A DNA stretch of 64,000 nt from Polyangiaceae bacterium (GCA_965222375.1 CBDCTZ010000016.1:672001-736000); one strand, 5' to 3'. Counted from the stretch's first letter, positions 6,086-16,951 are shown. The notes: generated by a model from the letters alone, not told the origin. Made by a program: numbers and translations.

Positions 6086-9052
6086 TCGCTTCAAGGCGTT
6101 GCGCAGGGCCGCGTCAACGACTGCTTCTAGTTCGAGCAAGCCCATGGACTTGCGCACCATCGCGCCCATGGACTCGGCGATGGCTGCGACCCCCGCTTCT
6201 TCCGACGAAGTGAAGAAGACGGACTTGGCAACCCTTCCGGTATCCATCAGTTCGTCGGCGAGTTCGAGTCCCGATCCATCCGGCAGCAACACATCGTAGA
6301 TCCCACAAGCGAAAGTGCCTTCGACTTGTGCGACCTCGGCAACGGAGTGGCAGACGGTTGGGGCGGAGCCTTTGCGGCGCAGCCAGCGTTCCAGAGCTCT
6401 TGCCAAGGGGCGATCGTCCTCGACGACCAGAACTCGAGGTCGGGACGTCGAGGAGTCTGCCGACGGAGGTTTGGTCAGGGCGCCTGGGCCCTCACTGAGC
6501 GGAAACGTCGAGTCGCGGAGCCGACCCGCGAGCTCGTGCTCACCGACCAGATCCGCGATGCGCAAGGCCTCGCAACTCAGGATCTCCGTCTCCACGGTTC
6601 GCCCTTCAGTCTGTGCGATCTTCGCTAGCTGCTCGAGCATGTGCGCGCGCGCCGCGGAATCGGGCTCGGTCAGGTTGAGCGTTTCGCTGAGGACATGTGC
6701 GGCTTCTCGGGTGCGACCGACCTCGCGTAAGAGCTCACCTAGCTTACGGCCGAAAACCAGCCAGCCGCTCTTCGCCATCTCGTCCTGGTCCCGGAGCATG
6801 AGGGTGCGGGCGGCTTCGATGCCGTCTTGGAGCACGGCGATGGCAGATCCCGGATCGCCGCGGCTGAGCCGAAGCCGCGCGCTTTCCTCGACGAGCAGAA
6901 ACGCCTCGAAGTCCGGTCGGCCACGCAGCGCATGGTAGGCCTGCAGCTCGACGCCAAGGCTACGTTCTACTGCGTCGGCCGTGGCCTTTTCATGAATGGC
7001 GGCGATGGCGCCGGCGGGCGCGAGGCCGAGGGTAGCGCGACCGATGAAGTCGTGAACGAAGCGCACTTTGCCGTCGGAAACTCGCACCAAGCCGAGTTCG
7101 CTCAGGGGCAGCAGGCTGGTGTTGACGTCGTCGGGCCGTTCCACCATCTCCGTCAGCGTGCTGATTGCGCTCGGGCCACAAACCGCCAGCGCCTGAAGGG
7201 TGCAGAGGGCATCCGGCGGCAGCACTCGAAGTCGTTGTTCCACGGCTTCGTTCAAGTTGATCGGCGCCGACCAGGAGTCGTCTTCGAAGCTGGCGATGAG
7301 CTGCTCGACGTACATGGGCTCGATGTCGTCGTCGTTGCGCTGGAGCAGGCCTTGCTGCTCGCCCAGCTTCTCCGTCGCAAGCTCCTTGGGCCAGCCACGG
7401 AGTTCTTGTCGCACCATTGCCCGGCTGAGCTTGTCTTCCAGGGCGGAACTCGCCGTGACGACCAGGGTGAACCCTGGAATTCGCGCGCTCGCGATGAGAT
7501 CGGCCACCGCGAGAAAGGACGCGCCGTCTAGAAGATCAACGTCATCAATGGCGAGGACGAACTTGCCTTCGTCGGTCGTTTCGACAGCCATCTTCACTGC
7601 CCAACGAAAGGCCGCTGCAACCGCTGCCCGCGTCTTGTTGGGCTTTCCGCGACCGCCGACGTCTTGCCCGAAGATCCCCTGAAGCGCGTTGCGGGTGGCT
7701 GTCGTCCTCACGGTTTCGACGCCGGCTCGGATCTCTTCCTCAGTGGACCATCCAACTAGGCGACGAATCGCGACGCGGAGCCCGCCATAACCTATCTCGT
7801 CGAGAGGTGTGGGCGGCGCCGTGATCAGGAGCGTCGCGTTGCCGGCCTGCTCGAAAGCGCGCACGGCACGCCGGAGCAGCCACGAACGGCCCACGCCCGG
7901 GCGGCCCCAAACCAGGAACGGCTTCTTCGTCGTGAGTAGCTGTTTGGCCCATGGGGTGCGGGCCTTGAGGGCGCGCTCTTCGCTGTCGTCGGGTTCCGCT
8001 TCCTGAGTTTGGCGCTCGTTGCGAGTTGCCCGCGTGATCGCGCGCTCGAGTTCGCGCTCCGTCGGCGCACCCCGCGCTGGGAAACGCGACGCCCGGCGCA
8101 GTGCAAGCTTGCTGGGGTCGGCAATGGCCGAAACCATGGAAAGGGCGTCGGGAAAGCGATTTGCGGGGTCGAAGGCGAGGCCCCGGGTGCAGGTGTGGGC
8201 CACGTTGTCCGGGATGCTGCGATCCGGCGCGGCGGTTCGCGGGTCGAGTTCCTTCTTGTCCATCTGCTGGCGCACGATATCCATCGCTGCAGGGCCCGGA
8301 AACGGCAGCTCTCCCGTGAGCATTTCGTACAGCAGCACGCTGACTGCGAAGAGATCCGCCGCCGGCCCGGGCTCGCCGCCTCGGAGCTTCTCCGGTGGCA
8401 TGTATTGGGGCGTGCCGACGACGGTGCCGACTCGGGTGAGGCGGCGCTTGTCGCGCAGGCGCGCAATTCCGAAGTCGATGATCTTGACGTGGTAGCCGCC
8501 GCGTCTCCGCGGCTCGAGCATGATGTTGCCGGGTTTGATGTCGCGGTGGGCGATGCCGTGCTCATGGGCTTCGGCCAGAGCGCCAAGAGTCTGCTCCACC
8601 ACGTCGACGACGTGCGACACGGGGAGGATCCCATCCGCGGCCAGCACCTGCTCCAGGTCGGGACCGCTCAGGTGCTCCATCACGAGAAACGGGTAGCCAC
8701 CCTCTGCAGTCGAGGCACGACCAAAGTCGTAGATGCTGACGATGTTGGGATGGTTCAAGCGGCTGGCGACGCGGGCTTCCTCCAGGAACCGCATCCCAAC
8801 CTCCTCGTCGGTGACCAGCTCAGGGTGGATGCACTTGATCGCGACCGGGCGGTCGAGGACCCGCTGGACCCCGCGGTACACCCGCCCCATGCCGCCGGAG
8901 TTGATGAGCTCCAAGACCTGATACCGCTCGGCGACGACCTTGCCGATCATCGGATCCCCGTCCGGGGCCGCGGCGATCTGCTCGGCGCCGCACACCGAAC
9001 AGAAGCGTTCGACATCTACCAGATTGCCGCACTGAAGGCATGACGTGGCCAT
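6071..9052 (-). CDS. Ser/Thr protein kinase: zinc ribbon + kinase + P-loop NTPase + TPR-like + C-terminal receiver
   Basis: CxxC..CxxC; GGMGRVY, VAIK, HRDIKPGN, DFG, GTPQYMPPE; GRPGVGRS and LAIDDVD; VLVVEDD...YDVLLPDGSG...FFTS...K. Start set at ATG 9052. Confidence 0.92.
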   Translation of the reverse strand: MATSCLQCGNLVDVERFCSVCGAEQIAAAPDGDPMIGKVVAERYQVLELINSGGMGRVYRGVQRVLDRPVAIKCIHPELVTDEEVGMRFLEEARVASRLNHPNIVSIYDFGRASTAEGGYPFLVMEHLSGPDLEQVLAADGILPVSHVVDVVEQTLGALAEAHEHGIAHRDIKPGNIMLEPRRRGGYHVKIIDFGIARLRDKRRLTRVGTVVGTPQYMPPEKLRGGEPGPAADLFAVSVLLYEMLTGELPFPGPAAMDIVRQQMDKKELDPRTAAPDRSIPDNVAHTCTRGLAFDPANRFPDALSMVSAIADPSKLALRRASRFPARGAPTERELERAITRATRNERQTQEAEPDDSEERALKARTPWAKQLLTTKKPFLVWGRPGVGRSWLLRRAVRAFEQAGNATLLITAPPTPLDEIGYGGLRVAIRRLVGWSTEEEIRAGVETVRTTATRNALQGIFGQDVGGRGKPNKTRAAVAAAFRWAVKMAVETTDEGKFVLAIDDVDLLDGASFLAVADLIASARIPGFTLVVTASSALEDKLSRAMVRQELRGWPKELATEKLGEQQGLLQRNDDDIEPMYVEQLIASFEDDSWSAPINLNEAVEQRLRVLPPDALCTLQALAVCGPSAISTLTEMVERPDDVNTSLLPLSELGLVRVSDGKVRFVHDFIGRATLGLAPAGAIAAIHEKATADAVERSLGVELQAYHALRGRPDFEAFLLVEESARLRLSRGDPGSAIAVLQDGIEAARTLMLRDQDEMAKSGWLVFGRKLGELLREVGRTREAAHVLSETLNLTEPDSAARAHMLEQLAKIAQTEGRTVETEILSCEALRIADLVGEHELAGRLRDSTFPLSEGPGALTKPPSADSSTSRPRVLVVEDDRPLARALERWLRRKGSAPTVCHSVAEVAQVEGTFACGIYDVLLPDGSGLELADELMDTGRVAKSVFFTSSEEAGVAAIAESMGAMVRKSMGLLELEAVVDAALRNALKRSIAS

Positions 9053-9501
9053 GGTCGAACAATGATGGTGCGGCCGGTGGCTAGCTGCCGTCAACCTGGG
9101 GGAAGCGAGTTGCCGGGCCGATTTCACAAAACTGCGGCTGGTCGCCACTCACTTCTTCCAGCACCTAGCGATCGCGAGGTGGCGGCGTGGACCTGCGTGG
9201 ACCTTCGCGCAGTGCCCGTCGCTACCTGGCCGGCCATCGATCGCCGCCTGTGGGCTGGCTGCGCCTCATGCCCATCGCGATCAAGGCCAACAGCGAGAAT
9301 TTCCGCACGACCCACTTCGATTTGAGAATTGTTTCGCGCCTGGCGTCCAGAAAGGCGGGAGGGCTGAGTTCAGCGATCACGAGCGCCTAGGGACCCGAGT
9401 AGAGTGGGGGTGGCGTTTCGGCTCACGGGCGGCGCAATCGGCCGTTCGGGGAATGGGCGAAAAACGACGCAACTCCGCCCCGCCGGTGCCGATATGGGCC
9501 C

Positions 9502-10794
9502 ATGTCCATCACTGCAGCGTCCAGTGCACGTCGGTCAGATGTACGCGCGGCCGAGGCCGAGCCCCTGGAACACGCTCCCAGTCCGAAGCGTCGTCAGCCT
9601 GCGAAGGCAGGCTTGTCGCCGCCGTCCTCGACAGGCCTGGTGGCTGGCGCTGAACGTGCTGGAGCTCGAGCTCGGGTTGGCGCGGCTCGTTCCGCCCTCG
9701 GCGGCGTGGCTGCGGCCATGCCTGGTCACGGCGTGGACGTCGACGCCCTGGCGAGACAGTTTGGCGCGAAGCGCTATGGGACTGCAAGTCCAGGTCGAGT
9801 GCAGAGTTTGGCCCGCTTTCGGTTCATGCAGCAGGCGCTACGCAACAATCCTGCGCTTGCAGACAAGGCCGTCAAGTTGCGCACTCAGCACCTGCCTGGG
9901 TCGGACCGCGAAATAGTCGTGCGAGCGCTTTCGGCATCAGGGGGCACTGGGCTGAAGAGGTTGGCGCTTGCCGAGCGCGTGCTCGGCAAGCTGCAGGGTC
10001 TGTCGCGTGATGAGCGGGGTGATGTCCTCGGCATGATGAGAGCGGGTGAGCCCTTCGCGAGCGCGATCAAGATCGAGAAAAAGGAGTTGGCCAAGATCGT
10101 ACAGGCGCTGAAAACCAGATCGGCAACGCCGCCGTTGCGCAGCCGGATCGAAGTGTCAGTGGCGAAGATCAAGGCTGCTGATGTCGCCATGGATCGAGTG
10201 CGGGACAAGGTGAATCAGGCCTTTCGCTCGGTGCCTGCCGTCACGCGGGGTGCGGAGTTCGCGGTGGGCGTTGGAGCAACGGCTGGCACCGTGGGCTCCA
10301 TGGCGTGGGCTGGTGCCAAGTCGTTCATTACCGAATCGGCTCAGCCGCTCGAGGAGGCGGTTCGCGAGGCCGACAAAGCCGCTGGATACATGACTGGCGA
10401 CGTCAGTGCTCAACTCGACCGCACGCGCGAGAAATACATCGGGTTCTTGCGGCAACACGCCGAGTACAAGAATGCTAATCGAAACATGCGCCATGCGGTC
10501 GAGTCTGGCGATCATCGCGGAGTGACCGAGGCGGCAGGCAAGATGGCGCGCCTCACCAAGAACATCAGGGCGGCGGTCACGGACCTGCAGCGGCTCCTCC
10601 AGCAGGCGGGCGCGATGAACCGCCATTTCGATCACACGGCCCTGCACGCCGCCAGCGCCATCCTGGTGTCGGGCGTCGCCGCAGGGTTCCCAGGCGGCCA
10701 ACACGGTGTTGCTCAAACTGTGGCCCACCTCGCGGCGGAATCCGCTGTGGTCGAGGGCGGGATAGCGGTCAAGGCGAAGCTGAGTGGTCACTGA
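9502..10794 (+). CDS. Hypothetical helical/coiled-coil protein, 430 aa
   Basis: Long ORF with protein-like composition; no recognised motif. Confidence 0.7.
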   Translation: MSITAASSARRSDVRAAEAEPLEHAPSPKRRQPAKAGLSPPSSTGLVAGAERAGARARVGAARSALGGVAAAMPGHGVDVDALARQFGAKRYGTASPGRVQSLARFRFMQQALRNNPALADKAVKLRTQHLPGSDREIVVRALSASGGTGLKRLALAERVLGKLQGLSRDERGDVLGMMRAGEPFASAIKIEKKELAKIVQALKTRSATPPLRSRIEVSVAKIKAADVAMDRVRDKVNQAFRSVPAVTRGAEFAVGVGATAGTVGSMAWAGAKSFITESAQPLEEAVREADKAAGYMTGDVSAQLDRTREKYIGFLRQHAEYKNANRNMRHAVESGDHRGVTEAAGKMARLTKNIRAAVTDLQRLLQQAGAMNRHFDHTALHAASAILVSGVAAGFPGGQHGVAQTVAHLAAESAVVEGGIAVKAKLSGH

Positions 10795-10830
10795 GTTCGG
10801 CGTGGCTGGCACTCGCGCGCCCGGGTCGGA

Positions 10831-11154
10831 CGCTTGCGAGATTGGGCGACGAGGCGGTTGGGTGCTCGGCGCTGTGGCGCTTGCGAGGTTGGGCGGGGGC
10901 GGTTGGGAGCGAGGCGTGACACCGCCGGGGTGCAAATAGCCAGTTCGCTCGCGCTTGCGTCGTGGGCGCGAACAGTGTGTCGGTGCCGCGAGTTCCTGCG
11001 CTTGTGCCGGTGCAGAACAAGCCGCGACTTGTTGCACCTGTGCCGGCGCGGAATGAGACACAAGCCCGGCGACTTTTCGCGCTTGGCTCGGCGTGTGGGC
11101 GAGGCGCTAGCGCCGCGACTTTTCGCGCTTGGCCCGGCGTGTGGGCGAGGCGCT
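10831..11154. repeat. Intergenic patch of tandem duplications
   Basis: ~41-bp pair at 10831/10878; 40-bp pair GCGACTTTTCGCGCTTGGCYCGGCGTGTGGGCGAGGCGCT at 11069 and 11115. Confidence 0.8.
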
Positions 11155-11585
11155 GCGGGCCGCCATTGCTTCAACCTCGTCGATCAGGGCCCAGTGGCCG
11201 AGTGCCCGCCTGGCGATGCGCCGCGCAGAGTCGAGATTACCCTCGACGCTTCCGACTACGTCTACCTTGCCGTCGTCGCTTTCTCGACGAACACGTAGGC
11301 GAAACCTGCCCGCCTGCGTCCGTTCCAAATCAACCAGAGTGCGCATCGAACGCTGGTCGGTCTGCGGCAGGTCTGGTTGCGTGAAATTGCTCCGACGCCG
11401 TGTTGCCCGCGAGCTTGCGCGCTCAGCTCCCGCAAGAAGCCGCGCATTGGGCGGTGATGCTCATGGGCGCCGCGGGTCTCGAGGCCGCGGGCCCCGGGAG
11501 AATCAAGATCTGCAACCCGAGCTGTGTCGGGAGCCGCGGCTCGAGGAAACCGTCTCAGTCGGGGGTCTACCCTGCCCCCGAGGCG

Positions 11586-12599
11586 TTACGTGCAGATCCC
11601 CAATTCGCCGGCGTTGGCGTTACAGGTTTGAGGGCTGGTGCAGTCAGCGCTCACGCCGCCACGGCAGGCCTTGGCGCAAGTCTGGCTAGCGCCGGGACAC
11701 AAGCCTCGCCAAGCCTTCCCGTCGGACCCGCAGGGTTCACCCGAGACTGCCCCGCTTCCGCACGGGGCACCAATTGCAGCAGGGTCCCCGGGCGCTGCGA
11801 AGCAAACACCGTTGACGTTGCAGTGCTGGCCCGTGTTGCAACCTGGACTCGTCGACCAGAAATCGCACTGCTTGCGGCACACGGATGCGCCCTGGTCCGT
11901 TGCGCAAAGCAAACCCAACGCGCACCCGGTGTTGATGGACTTGACGGTGCACGTTTGCCCCTCGAGGGCGGTGCCTGCCGCCCAGCAGAAACCATTGGTG
12001 CCGTCCGGGCTCACGGTGCATGTGGCGCCGCCCGCGCACGGAGCGCCTTTATAGATGCATTCCGGATAGCACGCGCCAACGGGAGAACCGTCGGACTGGG
12101 TCACGCAAGTGGTTCCCGTTGGACATGTTTGGGTGTTGGAGCACTGGCCAGCCGTGCACTTGGCAGTTGCCGGGTCGCAGACCATTGTTGACGTGTTGCC
12201 GCAGTCGCTCGCGTTGCTGCAGGATGGTCCTCCGCCGCCCGTGCCACCGGTTGCGCCAAGGCCACCCGTCGCGCCAAGGCCGCCCGTCGCACCGGTGGCG
12301 CCAAAGCCGCCCGTCGCGCCAAAGCCGCCCGTCGCACCGGTGGCGCCAAAGCCGCCCGTCGCACCGGTGGCGCCAAAGCCGCCCGTCGCGCCTGTCGCTC
12401 CCGTCGCGCCAAAGCCGCCCGCCGCGGCGCCTCCGTCAAAGCCACCGCCCGTCGCGCCTTGACCGCCGAAGTTGCCGAAGGCTCCCGAGCCACCTCCGCC
12501 ATCGACCACACCACCGCCCGCGCCCGAGGATGAGCAGGCCGCGGCGCCGATCAGACCCAAAACCGAGAGACCCAGGAAGAGTTTCCACTCCATGATCAA
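11586..12599 (-). CDS. Lipoprotein with Gly-rich GATGG(F/L) repeat linker and Cys-rich C-terminus
   Basis: Lipobox AAAC; tandem GFGATGATG repeats; >20 Cys. Confidence 0.88.
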   Translation of the reverse strand: MIMEWKLFLGLSVLGLIGAAACSSSGAGGGVVDGGGGSGAFGNFGGQGATGGGFDGGAAAGGFGATGATGATGGFGATGATGGFGATGATGGFGATGGFGATGATGGLGATGGLGATGGTGGGGPSCSNASDCGNTSTMVCDPATAKCTAGQCSNTQTCPTGTTCVTQSDGSPVGACYPECIYKGAPCAGGATCTVSPDGTNGFCWAAGTALEGQTCTVKSINTGCALGLLCATDQGASVCRKQCDFWSTSPGCNTGQHCNVNGVCFAAPGDPAAIGAPCGSGAVSGEPCGSDGKAWRGLCPGASQTCAKACRGGVSADCTSPQTCNANAGELGICT

Positions 12600-12756
12600 T
12601 GTTTTACCCTACCTGCGCCGGAACCTCCCCAAAGAGTGGAAGTTGTAATCGGAGTGTTCCGGCCAGACTGGAAAAGCGATGGCCATCGCCCATTGGTGGT
12701 CTTGGGCCACTGCCTGCGAGTGCACTCGAAAAACTACCGCGCACGCGACGGACGGA

Positions 12757-13533
12757 TTACTCGAAGAGCGGCTGGGACCCTTCTTTTGGCTTGGCTGCGG
12801 GCTTCGTGCCGGGCTCACCTTCGCCAGTGAAGATCGGTTTGGCTTCCGGCTTCTCTGCGGCGACGGGTTCGGATTTGGGCTTCTCGGGTGCAGGTTTGGA
12901 AGCCGGGACAGCTCTTGAGGTGGTCGGAGTTTGCGCTGATGGCTTGGCTGGCGCTGCCGCGGTTGGCTCGCTGGGCGTCGTGGTGGCCGGTGCGCTCGGC
13001 TCCGTGTTGGTTTGCGCTGCGGGTGCTGCGGCCAGGTCCACCGTGCCCATCGTGGGTTCCGCTGGCGGCTGGCTCGAGGAACTCATCAGCACAATCACCA
13101 GCATCAAGAGCACTCCCGCGATGAGCGCCACCGCGATACCGCCGGTGCGCTTCGCGCTTGATGCGTCGCTCGAGGTCTGGGCCGAGGGCGTGACCGAATT
13201 GGAGGCAGCCAGCGCCGCCCTGTGTTCGGCAGCCGCCTTGGCTGCGGCCTCCTTGTTGAGGGTGCGCAGGTTCTTGACGGTGAGCGCCTTGCCGGGATCT
13301 GCTCGAGGCTTGACCTTCACCGTCTCGATTTCCAGGGTACGGTGGGCGCTCGTCTTCGGCAGCGTGCGTGGTCCAACGTAGTTCTGCGCGTGGTTCGGCG
13401 TGGGCCCCACCTTGGGCACCTCACCAATGGCGGCATCCGGCTCGTCGAAGCTGGGGGTACCCACATGCGGCGTCGCCACACCGTTCTGCTTGTTGTCTTT
13501 GCTCATGCCGACGAGTTCCGGGATCTTGCTCAT
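12757..13533 (-). CDS. Single-pass membrane protein with Pro/Ala-rich extracytoplasmic tail
   Basis: TM GIAVALIAGVLLMLVIVLM; start moved to ATG 13533 (13506 possible). Confidence 0.75.
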   Translation of the reverse strand: MSKIPELVGMSKDNKQNGVATPHVGTPSFDEPDAAIGEVPKVGPTPNHAQNYVGPRTLPKTSAHRTLEIETVKVKPRADPGKALTVKNLRTLNKEAAAKAAAEHRAALAASNSVTPSAQTSSDASSAKRTGGIAVALIAGVLLMLVIVLMSSSSQPPAEPTMGTVDLAAAPAAQTNTEPSAPATTTPSEPTAAAPAKPSAQTPTTSRAVPASKPAPEKPKSEPVAAEKPEAKPIFTGEGEPGTKPAAKPKEGSQPLFE

Positions 13534-13953
13534 CTTCCACCCCCTGGGCAAAGTTGCTGCCCAGGGCCACGCGCCCGGGCACAAAGCGTACACCTCATCG
13601 GGCGGATCCGGGGCGAGTTGCGCGCGCCGGCAAGTCAGCGAAATGGCGAGGGAAACCTCCGGCAGCCGACGCGGCCCCGCACACTGTGCCCCGCCAACAA
13701 AGATGCGTGGGCAGTGCTTGGTCCTCAGCGTCGGGAGGTGGGCTGGTCGCGCGGGACCAACCCGTTGACCAACCCGAGTGGGGACGGTGCTCAAGCTGGT
13801 CCTTGGGGCGACAAAACGTGGGTGGGACAGTTGAAAAAACAGGGCGCTAAAATTCTCAAATAAATCAAATACATTCGGCGGGTTGAGCAAATTTGCACGC
13901 CTGGGATGGTGGTAGGGTCGATGGGTACGAGTCTTGGTTCTTGTGGAGTGCGA

Positions 13954-15561
13954 ATGATGTCGTTGTTGCGGTGGACGAGTGTTGCCGGGGCTTGCCTACT
14001 TGCTGCAGCCGCTTGTTCTGACACGGAGTTTCAGCCGAGCAAGCCGATCACGGACGCGGGGGCCGATGGGACGGCGGGCAGCGGTAGTGGCGATGCGGCC
14101 ATCGCTTGCAAGAAAGACGTGGACTGCGACGACAACGATCCGTGTACCGGCACCGAAACGTGTGACGTGATCGCGGGAACCTGTCGGGCCGGGGCGAGTC
14201 CATGTCCAGCGGCTGCGGATCCCGAGCATTGCGAAATCCTCTGCACCAACAACGCGGGTAAGGCCGAGTGCGGGAATCAGACGGCGAAAGACAGCGACGG
14301 CGACGGGCACCGGGATTCCCAGTGTGCCGCGTCACCAGGGGACGACTGCGACGACACGAACAAGAATGTGTTCCCTGGTGCTACCGAGGTGTGCGATGGC
14401 CTAGACGGTGATTGCGACGGCGCCTCCGACCTCGAGGAGGGGCTGCCACTCGCCGGAACGCCCTTCAATGTTGCAGCACCTGCGGGAGCGGACGCTGTCC
14501 GTCCGCAGGCGGCCTGGGCGCCGGGTACCAAAAGCCTTGGAGTTGTCTGGACGGACTTTCGAGGCAACGCGTTTCAGGTCTTCTTCTCCCTCTTCAATGA
14601 GACAGCCGCGCCGGTCGCCTCTGATGTGGTTGTATCCAATACGCAAATCGAGGCTCAGAACGGAGTCATTGCGTCTGACGGCAAGACCTTCGGGGTTGCC
14701 TTCGTGGGGGAGATTACCGGCGCGCGCCACGTCTTCTTCCGTCCGTTCGATCTGAATGGTGTGCCCAAGTCTAACCCGGTCCAGCTCTCGACCACTCCAG
14801 TGGAATCGGATGCTGGCCCTGGGATCGTGGTTGATTCGCCGGGGTACCTAGTAACCTGGCGTGTCCAACAAACCGCAGATCGAGTGTTCGCCCGTCAAGT
14901 CGACGCTGCGGGACTCGCGGTCGCGAGCGAAGCGGTAATCGGTTCGGCTACCGCTCAGCGTTTGTGGAGCCATAGCGTCATGAGGAATGGCATCCTGGGG
15001 TACCTGGGACTGGTCGCCTGGAGCGCGACGGGCGCACAATCGGCAACGGACCTGCGAGTGTTCACCACAGCTGACGATTTCTTTGAAAAATACAAAGGCG
15101 CTCCCGGGACGACCAGCGGCAGCTTCCGCGATCCTGTGCTTGCCCGCGTCGGCGCTCGCTTCTCTGCCGCGTGGGCTATCCCCGCCGGTTCGTTTGGGTT
15201 CACCCAATTGCTAGACACTGGGAACGTCGACTGTGGGCCCAACGTCTCAAAGGAGATCACGGCGCCCGTGGAACTTGGTGGATTGGACGGGCTTGGCGAC
15301 ATGGCCCTAGCGGCGGTGCACATGACGACGGGCGGCGCACAGGCCGAAGTTCACCTCGCCCGCTTCGACGCCAAGTGCCAGGAACTCGCAACAATCGACA
15401 TCGCCGGCGCGAAACTCACACCGGCGGACAGCGGCCCTACTTTTGGCTCGCGCACGGACGTGGCGGTTGGGGACAACAAGATTGCGGTGGTTTGGGACGA
15501 GAAATCGGGCACAAATGCGGTGGTAAAGGCTCGTATCTTTGGTAGGAACTTTTGCGACTAA
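13954..15561 (+). CDS. Lipoprotein with putative metal-binding (MopE-like) motif and beta-rich C-terminal domain
   Basis: AAAC lipobox; DSDGDGH...DCDDTNKNVFPGATEVCDGLDGDCDG; start uncertain (13906-13957). Confidence 0.85.
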   Translation: MMSLLRWTSVAGACLLAAAACSDTEFQPSKPITDAGADGTAGSGSGDAAIACKKDVDCDDNDPCTGTETCDVIAGTCRAGASPCPAAADPEHCEILCTNNAGKAECGNQTAKDSDGDGHRDSQCAASPGDDCDDTNKNVFPGATEVCDGLDGDCDGASDLEEGLPLAGTPFNVAAPAGADAVRPQAAWAPGTKSLGVVWTDFRGNAFQVFFSLFNETAAPVASDVVVSNTQIEAQNGVIASDGKTFGVAFVGEITGARHVFFRPFDLNGVPKSNPVQLSTTPVESDAGPGIVVDSPGYLVTWRVQQTADRVFARQVDAAGLAVASEAVIGSATAQRLWSHSVMRNGILGYLGLVAWSATGAQSATDLRVFTTADDFFEKYKGAPGTTSGSFRDPVLARVGARFSAAWAIPAGSFGFTQLLDTGNVDCGPNVSKEITAPVELGGLDGLGDMALAAVHMTTGGAQAEVHLARFDAKCQELATIDIAGAKLTPADSGPTFGSRTDVAVGDNKIAVVWDEKSGTNAVVKARIFGRNFCD

Positions 15562-16643
15562 CGCTCCCAAGCCGGTTTCGCGTCGTTCTGCTGCTCGGTG
15601 CGCTGTGTAGTGCTCCGGGCCTCGTGGCGTTGCCAGCGAAGGCGGAGCCGAGTGCGGCGGAGGTTGCGGTTGCGCGAAGGTTGTTCAAAGAAGCGACGCG
15701 GCTCGAGGAAGAGAAGCTCTGGGACCAGGCTGAAGCGAAGCTGATGCAAGCGATCGCGATCAAGGAGACGCCGGGGTTGCGCTACCACTTGGCGTTCTGT
15801 CTCGAGCAGCAGGGCAAGCTCGTGGACGCGATGGTCGACTATGACCGTGCGGACGAACTGATTCGGGGCGGGGTCAAAGCTCAGGATGTTGCGAAGCTGG
15901 TGGTTTTGGCTCGGGAGTCTTTGAAGGAGCGCATCCCGACGCTAACCGTGATTGTGCCCGAGGGCGTGCAAGACGTCGAAATCCAAGTGGACGGTCGCAA
16001 GATCTCGAACGCAGTAGCGGGGCAGCCGTTGCCGCAGAACCCGGGCAACCACAGCGTGGAGGTGACAGCGCCCGGCCGGAAGGCCTTCACGCAGGAGGTA
16101 CGCCTGGGCGAAAAAGAGAAGCGGGAGCTGAATGTCGTGCTGCCGAAGGACACCGCGAGTGCCGCTCCGTCCCCGGCGGCGGATAGCCACGCGCCCGAGA
16201 GTGATTCCGGGACACTCAGCACGGACTCTTCGGGCTGGTCCCCGCGCACCTGGGTGCTCGTGGGTGAGGCTGCGGTGGTTGCCGCGGGCCTTGGCCTTGG
16301 CATCTTTGCAACCCTGGACAAAGCCAAGGCGCGGGATGAGGTCGATGCTGCGGAAGCCGAGCGTGACAGTCGTGGCACTCGCTCCGGGGATGGGGCGTGC
16401 GACAACCCGGAGCCCGAAGACGAAAGCGCTTGCGAGCAGCTGCCCGGGCTGCGGGATCAAGTGGACGATGCGGGGACGCTGCAAACCGTGGGAATTGCGA
16501 CGGCCGGGGTCGGTCTGGTCGCAGGTCTGGTGACGATCTTGGTGTGGAAGCCGAAGAGCGCGAGCGAGGCGCAGCGACTACCCCGCTTGTACGCCGCGCC
16601 CACGCGAGGCGGGGGCTTCGTGGGATTGGGCGGCTCCTTCTAG
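15552..16643 (+). CDS. TPR + PEGA domain protein
   Basis: Signal peptide; ARRLFKEA..TPR; VDG..NPGNHSVEVTAPG; C-terminal GLGGSF. Confidence 0.88.
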   Translation: MRLTLPSRFRVVLLLGALCSAPGLVALPAKAEPSAAEVAVARRLFKEATRLEEEKLWDQAEAKLMQAIAIKETPGLRYHLAFCLEQQGKLVDAMVDYDRADELIRGGVKAQDVAKLVVLARESLKERIPTLTVIVPEGVQDVEIQVDGRKISNAVAGQPLPQNPGNHSVEVTAPGRKAFTQEVRLGEKEKRELNVVLPKDTASAAPSPAADSHAPESDSGTLSTDSSGWSPRTWVLVGEAAVVAAGLGLGIFATLDKAKARDEVDAAEAERDSRGTRSGDGACDNPEPEDESACEQLPGLRDQVDDAGTLQTVGIATAGVGLVAGLVTILVWKPKSASEAQRLPRLYAAPTRGGGFVGLGGSF

Positions 16644-16699
16644 GTTAGGGTGCATCGGCCCGCGGCGATGGATGCCGCTAGCCCAGCCGAGCAGGCATT

Positions 16700-16951
16700 G
16701 CCTGTCGCGGAGCCGCACCAACTAACCGCGAAACGTCACAGCCGCGCCACCCGTGCGGGCGCCGCCACCCCTCGACCCGTTGCTGCCGCTCGCCCCGCTT
16801 GCCACCCGTGCTCGCTCCCCCGCTGCTCGAGCCGCTACTGCCAGCTGCCCCGCTCCCTGACGCCGCTGCTGGTTCCCCCGCTTGCGCCGCCACTGCCGCT
16901 TGCGCCGCCACCGCCAGGGTTGCCGCTGTCATCGCTTCCGCACGCGCTCAT
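16700..16951 (-). pseudogene. Frameshifted remnant of a Gly-rich lipoprotein gene
   Basis: MSACGSDDSGNPGGGGASGSGGASGG then Gly/Ser runs continue in shifted frames. Confidence 0.4.

Noticed and set aside
11107..11346. 79-aa ORF
   Set aside because: No RBS or motif, and its end is generated by the tandem repeat; not supportable.
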